63,838 nucleotides of DNA, filler included, from Craspedostauros australis (GCA_030167865.1; 17 parts of 17 records of this genome joined end to end with filler, not necessarily neighbours in it); one strand, 5' to 3'; positions 1 to 12,797 are shown, numbered from the whole stretch's first letter. Program-made: numbers and translations. The notes: generated by a model from the sequence alone, not told the origin.

Positions 1-280
1 GTCACTGTGCTTCATTGCACTATATATATAACCCATGGATTAAGCTTATTAGTGTGTGCCCAGCCTGCGCCGTAGACTTTTTTACGCCACCCGCTTTTAT
101 CTCGTGTAGGGCACGAGGCAGAACGGCTATCAAGTCAATATGTATGCACGCTCAGGGGATCACGACGGCCTCCACCTATCCTGCTCTCCACTCTTCGTGG
201 CTCTCCGGTAATATGTAAGGTGTATGTATTTGTGTACTCACACAGGGAAATCCAGGGACAGCCTCGTTCACGATGGCCAG

Positions 281-3200
281 CTACCGCCATCGGCGGAGCC
301 AAGTTCGGACTTCAACAGGAACTTTATTGCCTGGTATCTGCAGCACTCGGTGCACTTGTCCAAACCATATTGCGACCGTTCCCATATCTGTGACTCCTTT
401 GCCTGACAGCTGTAGTCGGGCCCACATAGCCGTGCTTGCCCCTCGTAGTTGCGCTGCGTCTTGCAGGGTCGAGCTGTAGTCTTGCACCACCTGCCTCAGG
501 TGAGCCTCTGGCCCCTCATCAGTGCAATGCATTGCCTGATTGCATTGGTGCCAATGCTCCCATGCCACCTTCCAGAGCTTGCGCATGATCCATGCTACCC
601 ACCTTGCTGTGGACAGCCTGCGACCGATTTGCGCGTAGTACTGCTCCTGTAACTCGGTCCATGACCCCACGATCACACCTGTGACCAGCCAATCCCATCC
701 TGCCTCCTGCTGATCGTCCATCAGCTTTGCCTTAGCTCAGTTTGCGCGTATGCGTCCAACAGGTCCCAGCCCTCTCAACACTTGCTTGACATTGCTCAAC
801 CGTACTTTCGCAATGGCAGGATGAGTTGGCATCTTCCACATCATGATCCTCAGCCGTTTCCGCTGCACTTTCCAAAATGCCATCGATTCCAGTGAGCAGC
901 AGACCCAGAGGTGGCCATGAGTTTCCATCTTGCTGCACCTGGGGCAGCTGTCACTCGTCCTTGCCTTCTACCAAACCATCTGCATTCCCACAGCCACCTC
1001 CTGTATTGTGAGCTCCATGGTGAGCACCCTCTGTGTATTGGTGAGCTTGCCTGCCACCTGTCGTTGCATGCTTTTGTTGGCATCACCACCGATCACCTTC
1101 ATGCCTCGCTCCCACCTGACCCTCGCCATGTCCGCCTCCACCACATCTCCAACGACACTGACATATGTGATGCTCGACCTGCGAACGCCTTGTCTTGCAA
1201 TGTGCCACGATCACGTCCCTGTGTTCTGGTGAGAGCTCCACGCATCGCCCTCTTCGAGCATTCGTCATCGCTGTACTGCAAGCCGATCCATAATGACATT
1301 CATACACTCCCACACATCAAGTTTGTCAGGCCTCTTGTGCTTGTCCTGATGCCCACACATGTGTTGTCCCACAAACGTTGTACTCAGCTGGCTTCGGCCC
1401 CTCATGGCAGCCACCATCATGTTGTGACCAGGACTCGCCAGATCCGGTTCATGTACCCACTCCAGCACCTTCAGGGCTTACAGGTTGTCACAGCTTCAGC
1501 GCACCCGTCCGCCTTGTATTCCAAACCTCTTCTCCATTTCCCAAACTGTCATCGGCGCACCGTAGATTCCCGCCAACTCCGCTCGCTGGGACGATGTCAG
1601 GTCCTCCCTCCGTGGAGCCTCAAAGGTTCCAAACACCGTCACCTCCAGAGTCTCATTAGTGGCCATCGCCCATGCCGCCATTTCCTTGCCATTTCTGGCA
1701 GACCTGTCACTTCTGCCGACTGCTGTCTCTTCTCATATACTCTGGACCATATCTCTTCAGTCGGCCTCGCATCTGATGTGTTTCACAGCCCATGACTTGG
1801 CCTTGCCAAGATCCTCCCAGACATTCTCCATCCCCTGGGTATCTGCCACCACGGTATCATCCCATTCGCCAACTGTCAGCATCAGTATGCCATCTCCTTG
1901 CTTGTAGCCATCCACAGGGCCCTTCTCCATTTCCCACCACTCCCGGCACTTGCCAAAACAGCTTCCTTCTTGACTTCATCGGAACCTCCCTCCCTCCATT
2001 CCATCCATCCCATCCATCCATTGCCATGGACCTGAAGCCTCCCAGTTTGCTCATTCTACCTCATGGAGGCCGCACTGCCTGCCCTGCTCCACTTGCCCAG
2101 CCGTAAACGATCCTGAAGCACGCTATTCCAACCCAGCATCTCCTTGAGCTTGGACCTCCATGTTGCCCAATACGCTTGCTTGAACTGCCCAACTGTAGGC
2201 ACGTTCACTTCACTGACTTCCACCATCGCTCCATCATCTTCAAGGACCGCCTTCAGAATGCCTGTTCCGTCCACCGTAACGATCTCAGACATCCAGAACA
2301 ACTTCATTGACCTTCGACACAGATTCACTTGTCGCATTTCCTCCCTGTTGTACAGCTCCGCAATGGCTTCCATTATCGGGCAATCACCCTGCCTCCTTGG
2401 TTGTATCAGATCCTCCACCATTCGCACTTCCAGCTGTGCTGCAGATGCTTATTTGGCCACACTTGCCCACCACGACTGTGGAACAACCATTGACTACTTG
2501 CTTCCTACCACCTGGAAGATTCGCATCATACCTGCACTTGTCGCCACGGCCTGGTAGGATGCTCGCAGGAGCCTCCACCATGCATCGCTTCATGACCAAC
2601 TTGATAGGCTTGCCGAGCGCCGTCCCTTTTTGACTGGTGTGCGTTGTGAACGAGTATGCATTTTTGTCGTCAAGCACCAGCAGTCAAAATGACGATCCTT
2701 CCACCACTTCGAGTCGTTTGATCTCGACATCCGGAAATTCGTCTGCCACCATCAACATCAATTCGATTTGGAGCACCACGTACTTCCCAGTCTCCTTGTC
2801 ATACTGCACCTGATGCACCTTGGCTTGCTCAGTCAGAGTAAACCAGTTCGCGCTGGTGGCTCCCACTTCCCACGTGCACCTCGCTGCCAGGGTGTTTACG
2901 ATCGCCTCTGCCCTCACCAGATGCTCTGGGAGCATGTATGCGTAGGCGATGTCGGTCTTGCCATTCTAGGGCACCTCCTTCTTGTCAACGTGGATAAACA
3001 CCGGCCTCTTTGTGATCAGATGCACCTGATTGGCAAGGTTCGATCTCAGTGGTTCCTTGGATCCGTCGTGTCCAGCTCATCAAGGTCTTCGACCCCTCTG
3101 ATTTGCACTTCCACCATCCTTCCCATTACCACTTTGTGTTTCCGTAGCATCTTCTTCATGGCTGCCACTTCATCTGGGCCCAACGTCATTGCCATTGGAT

Positions 3201-4947
3201 GGGGGATGAATCTGTTGCAGAGTTCTCCTGGCCCAATCTTGGAGATGTCATTGAACATCTCACAGAGGATTTTGGCGATTCTCACATGGAAGCGGATGTC
3301 AGCTTCAAGCCTGAGAGCTTGCCAAGGTTGCACCTTGAAACTCCTCCCCATAGCTTTATGAGCATCTTGCCATTCCTGGCTGATCATTCCGTCCGCCCTG
3401 ACTCTTCCCCCAACTTNNNNNNNNACTCCTGCAGCCTTCAGACGCTTGCTGATGATGGCGCATATAGCAGGTCCATTGGAAAAGTTCCCCATGTAGGTGA
3501 GCATTCCAATTTGCTTTGTGTACTCTGCTTCATCCAGCAGTCTCTTGTACAGAGTCTGTCCAGTCGACTGGTAGAAGAAACTCAGCTGCGATCCTGACTT
3601 TGACACAATGTCCTTTGGATCACATGTCATAGCAATACGCACTTGTGCCGCCACTGTTCAACCATTCAATGTTGCCTTCATCCTGCTCACGTACACCATC
3701 AGCTCCTTCTCAGTTGTTGGAAATTGGTTGGCTTTGCTGATCACCTCGGTGGTGTCTTGCACCTTCCACACCATGAGGAAGATCGTGTCGTCGTGATCCT
3801 TGAGCGCCTCTAGCCATTTTTAAGTGGCTTCAGATACCTCTTCACTGGATTGCTGCCTGATTTGACCAGTACTGTCATGTCAAATCTCTTCACTACCATG
3901 CCTTTCTTCAGCGTATGCGTGGTCTTGCTCTCCACGGATGCATNNNNNNNNNNNNNNNNNNNNNNNNNNGCACTGCTTGTGCTCCCTTCACTCTTGCATG
4001 ACTCCTCATCTTCGTCGGACTCCTCACTCTCACTACTTGCGTTGTGCTCCATCGCCTTTGCCAAACGCTGTCCCTCCACCTCTATCGCGGTTGGTGTGCT
4101 GGTCATGAATTTGATTTTCTCCTGCTTGACGTTTCTTGGTTGGACGATGTCGCTATCTCCTGTCTTTCCCTTCTTTCCGCTCCCTTCTGCGGTTGTACTC
4201 ATCATGCTGATTTTGGTTTCCCCCATTACCGCATCTTTGCCTTGGGGAACGAATGTGATGTCTGGGTACCGTGACCCCAACACATTCACAGCCGCTCTCC
4301 GCGCAATGGTGATCTCAGTCTTCCTCAGGAGCTCTCCTGAATTGGGAATCATCATGTCTTTCAGCATCATGTTTGGATCTGTCATGCTCAAGTCAGCAGC
4401 AAGTTGTTGAATCTGCTGTCGTCATTCGTCTGTTTTGGGCACTTGCACCACACCAAATTTTTCTTCCATCAATGACCATGCAGATGAACACCTGCACTTC
4501 CTGCACCGGGATAGTGTGTCCTGTTTTTGCAGTCGCCTTCCCGGTCCACCGTTATCGTTGATTCATCATCCCTTTCACCAGGATATGGATCGACCTACCT
4601 TCCTCTGCCATCACTTCACGGTAGGAGAACGAAACAGCTACCTTGTGGATTTCTCCTGGCGGAGATTTCCACATGCTTGTTGTTGTCTTACGCGCAATGG
4701 AGACTCCTGCCTCGTTTTCTCCTTCCACAAGTGTCAGCATCTTATCCCGTTTCTTGCTCCCAGCCTTCCTTGGCATGGTCTTGACAGCCCTTGTTTGTGA
4801 CTGTCCTCCTCCGCGTATGCCGTTGGCAGTCTCCATATGATTTACCATTGCTTTGCCTGCCATTGTTGCTGCTGTTGGCCTTGCTTCTGTATCTTTTCTA
4901 CGGTTGATACCCGTTGACGTCGGTGCTGTTTTGGTGTTTGCATTCAT
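281..4947 (-). mobile_element. Degenerate, internally deleted non-LTR (LINE-type, Ambal-like) retrotransposon
   Basis: Broken ORF1-like segments run from 4947 to about 2684. ORF2 3' motifs follow: post-RT 'D-CPIM...NLCR...SEIVTVDG' (2056-2427), RNase H 'SDRS...SSQRAELAGI...CDN...HMCGHQD...MNVIMDRLA' (about 1270-1710), zinc knuckle 'CPRCSKMETHGHLWVC' (about 900-945) and C-terminal 'QQEAGW...RW...LWKVAWEHWHQCN' (281-721). Many stops and frameshifts. Confidence 0.8.
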
Positions 4948-5065
4948 TTTGTAGAATACTATCTTTACATGTTTCTACTGTGTTTGTTTTCCTGGTCCCT
5001 GGTGTTATGCTTCATAACACAATACTGTATTATTATATGATACTATATGATATAATATTATGTTG

Positions 5066-5165
5066 NNNNNNNNNNNNNNNNNNNNNNNNNNNNNNNNNNN
5101 NNNNNNNNNTTAATTAATTAANNNNNNNNNNNNNNNNNNNNNNNNNNNNNNNNNNNNNNNNNNNN
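5066..5165. other. Artificial scaffold-concatenation linker (first of 16)
   Basis: N44-TTAATTAATTAA-N44, with stops in all six frames. The same linker starts at about 9754, 12336, 20410, 25566, 32024, 34025, 35983, 38923, 49481, 51592, 54035, 55832, 57871, 59320 and 60678. Confidence 0.98.
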
Positions 5166-5166
5166 A

Positions 5167-8100
5167 CGCATTCGTCTCCCCCTCAAGCAACTTCATAACC
5201 TGCACGTATGGGGCAGCCCAGTCTATGTCCTTAACAAAGCACTGGCCGATGGACGAAAGATACCTCGATGGGAACCAAGAGGAGAAAGATACGTGAACAT
5301 GGGTCTATCCACGAAGCATGCTTCAACCGTACCTTTGGTCCTATCACCACGGACAGGTTCAATCACACCTCAGTTCCATGTTGTGTTCGATGACTGGTTC
5401 GCAACGATTGCCACCGACTTGAAGCAACTTCCAAGTTATCAATCGGAAGAATGGACTCGCATGTTCGGTGATACCACCTTTCAATACCCATTCGACGACG
5501 ACGATGTGGAATCAATGGAGCAGGACGACACCTTCGCGTCAGACACGCGAGACCACAACCGGTTACAACGAAACGACTACCACACTCCACCACCGGCAAC
5601 CGAAACGCGAAACCATCAAACCGTTCATGAAAGAGCGCCACAGGTATTGGCGAAAGGGTCGCAACCACTGACACAACAGACCCCGGATCTCATGAGTGAC
5701 ACTCTCGCCTCTCCAATACCAGTCTCAGAGGGAGCCAACAGGCAAATGTCTTCGACAGAGGGAGCTGCTAATGAGCAACCGGAACCTGATCCTATTATAG
5801 AGTCACCGGACCAGCGAACACTTCAACCGCAATTGGATTCACCTCGCCGAGAGTCACCAATCTCGGGACCGGCAACTCCATTACCACCTTCAGATTCAAC
5901 ACCAACCATGCCTAAGCTCGAATCAACGCCAGCAAGACCTCGAAGCACAAGAAGTCGCAAACAACCAAAGCGATTCACGTATGCGCGCATGGGAGGAAAA
6001 GCCGCATGGTTAGACGACGAAGATACCGATGACTACTACTTCTGTCCCGCAGTGGCTAGCATGGAAGAAAACGAACAGGAAGCAACAACCAGGGAGCTAC
6101 ACCCTGATTCTGCATCAATCATCACATTCTCACAAGCTGTCGTCGATTGCTTGCACACAATCGAACCCCTCCAACGTGAAGGCAGTGACTCTCTCTCTAT
6201 CGACTTACACCAATTCAAGGTGGATGCTAACTATCTACTGCGCAGACTTCGACTCCGATTCAACACTTTGAATCCGCAACCAACAAACGTCGTCCTTCCA
6301 ACATTCGCGCCAAAGGCGACTGAAACAAGAGAAGATAACATCAACATGGCCGATTGGTGGCAGCCGGATCCAGACGACATGGTCGAAGAAGGACCAACGC
6401 CATTCCAAGACATCTACGAGGACTTCTACTCGGACATGGAGAGACACTTCGAAGTCGACCTTCACTGCGAGATTCGTTGCGACGACCTCAGGAGACAAGC
6501 GACTGACTACGCTGTCGGCCAATTCGTCAACAGACTGAGCACTTTCATTCAAACCGGCATCATGAACCCCAGCTTCGATGCCTTTGACTACATGTCATCG
6601 GCCAAACCAGAGCCATGGTCGTATCAGGATCCAGAATATTTGATGATGAAGGGTTTTCTTCCTCCCGAATCCAGAATCAGTGGAACCACTTTCTTCAAAA
6701 GAACTCGCTCCGTGTGGAACGCCATCTCTGAAAATCATCACTATCGTCTCGCATTCGAACTACTCCGTCGCCAAGTTACGACCATCCGTCCAGGGCCATG
6801 GCCACAGCCAAGTGAGTTCGAAGTTGAGAAGTTTGTCCAAGGGATGATTGAAGCCAACACGGCACCTCTGAAGGAGGCTCCAGCAACGCGAGCGTCCGGT
6901 CAAAGCGGATCCACACTTGAAGTCGATCCATCATCCATCCTCGACACAGCAACATGCATTCCAGAGCACGCGTGGGCTAACATCGAACAACATGCCTATG
7001 CTGTCTCGATCATCGAGCCACAACGAGACTCAACAAACTTCCCAACATACGTTGATGGACACATGATGAGCTACTTCGCAACAGGCGGCGATTTGGATAT
7101 CGCCGAACGCTCATCCGTGTACAAGGCATCCAGCAATGACCCTGACACCCTTTCTTTCGACGAAGCGATTCGCGACGACAACAAGAATGAGTGGATGCAA
7201 GCAGCCGAAAAGGAAATCAAAGCACTTACCGAAAAGGGAACATGGGAAGAGATTCAAAAGGCCGACGTCGTCAACGATCGAATCTTCCCAGGGACCTGGG
7301 TCTTCCGTCGCAAGCGCTTGCCGGATGGTACGATTAAGAAGTACAAGGGTCGCTGGTGTTGCCGTGGAGATCTCATGAATGAAGATGCATCCACCTACGC
7401 GCCAGTCGTTGCCTGGTCATCCGTTCGCATCTTCTTGAGCACATCCATCGTAATGGGTTGGACGACTACATCCATCGACTTCACGAATGCCTTCGTGCAG
7501 GCCTCCATCCACAAGCCTGTGCATCTTCACCTTCCTCGCGGCTTCAAGTCAAGCAAGGGGCCCAACACCTGTCTTCGACTTCGCAAAAGTCTCTACGGAT
7601 TGACGATCGCCCCGCGCCTGTGGTACGAGCACCTCATCCGAGCTCTAATCACAGTCGGCTTCACAGCCTGCGNNNNNNNNCAATGCTTGTTCATCAAGCG
7701 CAACATCATGATTGTTCTCTACGTTGACGATGCAGGAATCGCCTCCAAGACCAAAAAGGATGCAGACGATTTCATTGCATCAATGCGTGAACTCGGGTTC
7801 GAGCTAACCCAGGAAGGCAGCTTCACTGAATTCCTGGGGATTGAGCTCTGCCGTGACCCGAAGGCGGATACTGTGCATCTTCGACAACCAGGGTTAATCA
7901 AAAAGGTCCTTGAGACAACAAAGATGTCGAACTGCAATCCATGCCCGGTACCTACTACCCAACTCGCACTCGGACAGTGCAAGNNGGTACCTACTACCCA
8001 ACTCGCACTCGGACAGTGCAAGGATGAACCAGCCATGAACGAGAAATGGAACTACCGCTCTGTCGTCGGTATGTTGCTCTACCTCACAACGAACACTCGC

Positions 8101-8757
8101 CCCGATCTCGCCTTCGCAGTCTCCCAAGTCGCTCGCTTCGGACACGATCCCCGCCGATCACATGCCAAAGCGGTCAAGCGCATCATGCGCTATCTCAAGC
8201 ACACTGAAACCATGGGCACCATCGTCCGCCCTACAGGGCAACTCGATCTCAAGTGCTACGTGGACGCTGACTTCGCAGGCCTTTACCAACGTGAGGACTG
8301 CAAAGATCCAGTGTCGGTGAAATCACGCACGGGATATCTCATCACATTGGGTGGATGCCCTCTCATTTGGAAGTCGAAACTCCAAACTGAGATCGCGTTN
8401 TCCACGATGGAGTCCGAGTACGCCGCTCTCTCCCTGGCAATGCGAACATTGATTCCCATCCAACAACTCATTCGCCAAGTGATTAACAACGCCGGCACCG
8501 AAATGCCGCTGCACACCAACCTCCAATGCACTGTCTTCGAGGACAACCAAGCCTGCATTTCCCTCGCCACCAATCATCAGCCGACCGCACGCACCAAACA
8601 CTTCTTAACCAAGTGGCACTTCTTTTGGTACTGGGTCAAGGCAGGCTTCATTTGCATCCAGCACATCGCCACGCCGGAGCAGCTTGCAGACATCTTTACC
8701 AAGGGATTGTCCATTGCGGTCTTCGAATACTTGCGGCTTAAAATCATGGGTTGGTAA
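5167..8757 (+). CDS. pol: Ty1/copia Pol, 5'-truncated: integrase C-terminal part, long linker, reverse transcriptase, RNase H
   Basis: Open from the scaffold edge. Motifs: HVWGSPVYVL and HVVFDDWF (integrase C-terminus), WVFRRK..KYKGRW, LRKSLYGL, YVDD (RT), YVDADFAG, FEDNQA and QLADIFTKGL (RNase H). The order IN-RT-RH is the copia order. Confidence 0.95.
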   Translation, partial: RIRLPLKQLHNLHVWGSPVYVLNKALADGRKIPRWEPRGERYVNMGLSTKHASTVPLVLSPRTGSITPQFHVVFDDWFATIATDLKQLPSYQSEEWTRMFGDTTFQYPFDDDDVESMEQDDTFASDTRDHNRLQRNDYHTPPPATETRNHQTVHERAPQVLAKGSQPLTQQTPDLMSDTLASPIPVSEGANRQMSSTEGAANEQPEPDPIIESPDQRTLQPQLDSPRRESPISGPATPLPPSDSTPTMPKLESTPARPRSTRSRKQPKRFTYARMGGKAAWLDDEDTDDYYFCPAVASMEENEQEATTRELHPDSASIITFSQAVVDCLHTIEPLQREGSDSLSIDLHQFKVDANYLLRRLRLRFNTLNPQPTNVVLPTFAPKATETREDNINMADWWQPDPDDMVEEGPTPFQDIYEDFYSDMERHFEVDLHCEIRCDDLRRQATDYAVGQFVNRLSTFIQTGIMNPSFDAFDYMSSAKPEPWSYQDPEYLMMKGFLPPESRISGTTFFKRTRSVWNAISENHHYRLAFELLRRQVTTIRPGPWPQPSEFEVEKFVQGMIEANTAPLKEAPATRASGQSGSTLEVDPSSILDTATCIPEHAWANIEQHAYAVSIIEPQRDSTNFPTYVDGHMMSYFATGGDLDIAERSSVYKASSNDPDTLSFDEAIRDDNKNEWMQAAEKEIKALTEKGTWEEIQKADVVNDRIFPGTWVFRRKRLPDGTIKKYKGRWCCRGDLMNEDASTYAPVVAWSSVRIFLSTSIVMGWTTTSIDFTNAFVQASIHKPVHLHLPRGFKSSKGPNTCLRLRKSLYGLTIAPRLWYEHLIRALITVGFTACXXXQCLFIKRNIMIVLYVDDAGIASKTKKDADDFIASMRELGFELTQEGSFTEFLGIELCRDPKADTVHLRQPGLIKKVLETTKMSNCNPCPVPTTQLALGQCKXVPTTQLALGQCKDEPAMNEKWNYRSVVGMLLYLTTNTRPDLAFAVSQVARFGHDPRRSHAKAVKRIMRYLKHTETMGTIVRPTGQLDLKCYVDADFAGLYQREDCKDPVSVKSRTGYLITLGGCPLIWKSKLQTEIAXSTMESEYAALSLAMRTLIPIQQLIRQVINNAGTEMPLHTNLQCTVFEDNQACISLATNHQPTARTKHFLTKWHFFWYWVKAGFICIQHIATPEQLADIFTKGLSIAVFEYLRLKIMGW

Positions 8758-8825
8758 CAACCAACAAACAACAACGAAGGATGAAGTTTTCATCGATACC
8801 ACAACTCCAATCACGACCCAACACT

Positions 8826-8834
8826 GAGAGGGAG
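8826..8834 (+). other. Polypurine tract of copia family X
   Basis: GAGAGGGAG lies immediately upstream of the LTR start AGTTGAGATT. Confidence 0.8.
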
Positions 8835-9521
8835 AGTTGAGATTCAATNNNNNNNNNNNNNNNNNNNNNNNNNNNNNNNNNNNNNNNNNNNNNNNNNNNN
8901 NNNNNNNNNNNNNNNNNNNNNACTTGATCGACCACCAAATCTTTTCTCCTCCTTTCTCTCCTCCATTCACGAATCCATCATGACTCAAACCTGACCGACC
9001 TGACTCACACCCACTTGGGAACTATATGCTCTTCAGATCCTCCTTACAACAACATACCTCGATTCCATCATGCTGATGACCACCACACTACCACCGTGGT
9101 CCCAACATGCGTATCCAACTTGCTTCAACTCAAGCAATGGAATCCGAGAGCCAGCTCCAACCACAGCCACTGCTTCATGGTCGTCACTACCATGAGCCAT
9201 GATCTACACTGCAGTGTATCTACGTGTGTGGAGAGCAAGGCGCTGTAATAACCGTATACCCTGTAGCACTGAACCAAGTACATCAGTGCAGGGTCTCGCC
9301 AAGTTGTGTGACATCGTTTCTTCACCCTATTAACACCACAAGCTAACTCATAATANNNNNNNNNNNNNNNNNNNNNNNNNNNNNNNNNNNNNNNNNNNNN
9401 NNNNNNNNNNNNNNNNNNNNNNNNNNNNCTCTCTTGAACTGCATCACACGGCTATCCCGAAGCCGGCAGATTCACGAGGCATTCTCCACCGATTCGCGAC
9501 GCCTACGCCCGAATCCTAACT
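8835..9521 (+). repeat. 3' LTR of copia family X (AGTTGAGATT...AATCCTAACT)
   Basis: Follows pol and the PPT. Homologous to 36083-36429 and 41473-42070, and all three copies end at CCTAACT. Confidence 0.9.
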
Positions 9522-12500
9522 AAGACCAACAAAAAGGTTTCAAGGCTTCTCGCTACTTAGCGCTAGCGTCTCTCTTTGGAATCCACCAGAAACCACCAGC
9601 TGGCCACTGTGATGCTGTATTTCTCGTCGATCCGAAGCCCCATCAACGAAATCGTGTTCTGACACCGTCTGTTCGTCTTCACTTCGTGCGTGCCTACAAG
9701 GAGTCTACCTGAAACCCACAGCAGCCCATAACTTATCTAATATAATGATGATCNNNNNNNNNNNNNNNNNNNNNNNNNNNNNNNNNNNNNNNNNNNNTTA
9801 ATTAATTAANNNNNNNNNNNNNNNNNNNNNNNNNNNNNNNNNNNNNNNNNNNNTCTGATGTGGAGATGACCCATGATGTGGCGATGATGTCTTCTGTGTC
9901 GACGTCACTCATCACCGTTCCATGGCTCTGTCGATTCTACATTCCATTGATGATGCTTGAGGTCGTCGGGTGTGTTGTCATTTCAGGTTTAGTTGGGAAG
10001 TATATCAGGTCGAATTGGGCATCATATGTTTGCCGGGTGGTGGCCAGACCGAATCTCTGATGTTCTCTCTAGTGTGTCCCTCTTATGCCAAAAAGCATGT
10101 GTCGGAGTAAAGCATCGTTTCAGCACATACAAGGACAGACTAATCAGAAAACGAATCAGGTGAATAAAGCGTTGTGCTAATACCTTTCATGCTTTTGATG
10201 GGATGCGGTGCTCTCCGTCTGTTGCAACATGCACTGATGAGATCTGTACTGTATGCTGTGCTCTCTGCCCATCAGTTGCTTCCAGCCAGATGCTCTGCTA
10301 TTGACCATCTATTGAAACGGAGACGGTAGTTGGGTATAAGTTCGTATCTAATGCATTGTTTGACAGATTGTGTCTGTTTCGTGCTGCATCGCTCTGATGT
10401 CCTTTTCTCTGTGTTGCACCTTTCGTGCTCGTTTCTGTGGCTGTTGTGCTCGCTGCTGTTCGTGACTCATCCGAGCCCTCGTGACTGGTTTCGCTCCAAT
10501 ACCATCAGCCGAATATACAACTTCTGAAGACTACTGTGATGTTCATTCCACAGGCTCAATGTGCAGCCATCCACAAGGCTTTGAATGCACCAACTCACTG
10601 AGCATTGTCCTTGCCGCTGTGATGTCAGTGTTGTTGAGGTTGTTGTTGCCCTGATTCACAGCGCTTGCAGCTCGTTGTGCATTGCCAACTGCTTTTCACT
10701 GCCCTTTGCCCAGCGACATCATAGAGGATGAGAATTTGGCTCGCAGTGGGAGTGCAAGGAGATGCAGCTCCAGATCCACCATTGCCCTTCAACCATACTT
10801 GTATTCCTTGTGTGTCGGTACAAAGTGTTGACGATGGTTGCTGCATCCGCTGACGATGCTGCATAGGCGTTGGTGGAGTAGCTTGGTAGATTTCTCCGCT
10901 GGTGTGTTCATGAGATGGTGGTGTCTCATGGTCGTCGACGATGCTGTCGATACTGAACTACGTAGTGTCATTCTGCTAGGCACACACTGACCATATCTTC
11001 GGCGGCCGCAATGGAGTCGTTGTTGATGATCATGTTGACCTGTGGCCCTGGTTGACTTGCTGTGCTGGATGCAATTGCGTTGTTGTTCAGTTTCTATTGT
11101 TGACGGTGTCGGTGGGACGAATCTGTTGGTCCACCCAACGCCTCTCACCGAACGATGCGAGTGAATTTGTTGAGTTCGAATGCTTTGCGAGAACCAGCTA
11201 CTGTCTGTCCGTGCACCCACATACGTCGTGATGGTGAGACGAAGTGATTGGACACGGAATACTGATGATGACGTTTTACGAATGTCAATGACAAAATACG
11301 GGAGCCATCCGGAAATTTCAAATTTGAATTTCAAACGTTCACATTTTTCAGTAGTAGAAATTGCGTAGATCGTTGCCATGGAACACGAGTAACGTTAATG
11401 AGGTTGCGCGAGCCAATATTTAAAATGGACACTCTCGCTTTGGATTGATGGCGATTAAAGGGGTTCCACCATTGCTTCTTCTCCAGCTTACTCACTGCCA
11501 CCCAGAAGACCACATGTACTTCAATACTTCATAAATGATTTCCTTCAAAGACGTGGGACAGTTTGTTCGACATGGGTTGGATTGAACGACTGAGATCGAC
11601 CAAATGTGAACAAGAACATTCGCCACAGTACAACACGGCAATGCACGAGACTGAGGATGTCAACCCCATTCTCCATCGTTGCCTTGCTCTTTCAGAAGCT
11701 ATTATACTCGATTATCCCCTGTCCATTGGAAGTAATGCCTTCACCATCATAATCCTGTACGCAGTGAAACGAGAATGAGTGGGGGAAGAGCAGTTGGGGC
11801 AGCTGCACACGCTGACACTGCGGGTTGACCATGTTGTGAGCACCCAAGCAATGTCCGTCTGATCGTCTGTGCGGCAGTCGGCATCATGTTTTGCCTCCGA
11901 CCAACGAAAAACAGATTCTCGAACTCGTGAACAAACCAGCGAGAATAGAGGGCAAAAGAAGTCTGGTTGTGTCCGGCTTTGCCTCCCAGTGTCGGACTTT
12001 GGCAGGTCAAAAGGGGAAGTGAAACTGCCAACGTCAGCGCGGTTAAACGTAGTGTGACCACGAACGTAGATNNNNNNNNNNNNNNNNNNNNNNNNNNNNN
12101 NNNNNNNNNNNNNNNNNNNNNNNNNNNNNNNNNNNNNNNNNNNNNNNNNNNNNNNNNNNTTGAAGGTTGGAGAGGAAAACGAGATGGGCTGGTCATCACA
12201 CTGCTCTGCTGTTGGTTGTCGCTGTTCATGGTCTTGTACATTTGAAAAATCGCTCCACAATCCCCAGGCGATGAAACCACGATGCTTCATCGCTCTTGGC
12301 AGGTTTGAGAGCTGATTCTCCAATTGTTGGAGTGANNNNNNNNNNNNNNNNNNNNNNNNNNNNNNNNNNNNNNNNNNNNTTAATTAATTAANNNNNNNNN
12401 NNNNNNNNNNNNNNNNNNNNNNNNNNNNNNNNNNNGTACGTGCGATGAATCGGAAGGTGCAGAGTTGACAGGCTGTATACGTCTTGCGTGGCGTCCTGGA

Positions 12501-12797
12501 GCGCGTCGAAGCATTTCGTGTCGTCATGCGATGATGGCAGATCTGTGATTGTATCATCGCTGCGATCATCCCGAGTGTCTCACGTCTGATGCTCAATCCC
12601 GTCCTACCTGTATTCAATTCTTGGTGATGCCTCGTTGTTGACATTGACATCAACTGCTGCGCTTGGTGTCCAACACATACGCTCTACTCTGCGATATATT
12701 ATATAATACAATGCAACACGATGCTGGAATCCTACTATACCACACGTACCTGACCATGCCACTTGTATGCCGCACTGCGATACTTCTCCAATGACAG

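Noticed and set aside
7947..8022. 37-bp tandem duplication inside RT (VPTTQLALGQCK twice)
   Set aside because: The identical copies are separated by NN, typical of an unmerged contig overlap rather than biology.
9854..12335. Short ORFs and a TTCAAATTTGAA palindrome near 11317
   Set aside because: No recognisable protein motif, second copy or boundaries, so no call can be supported.
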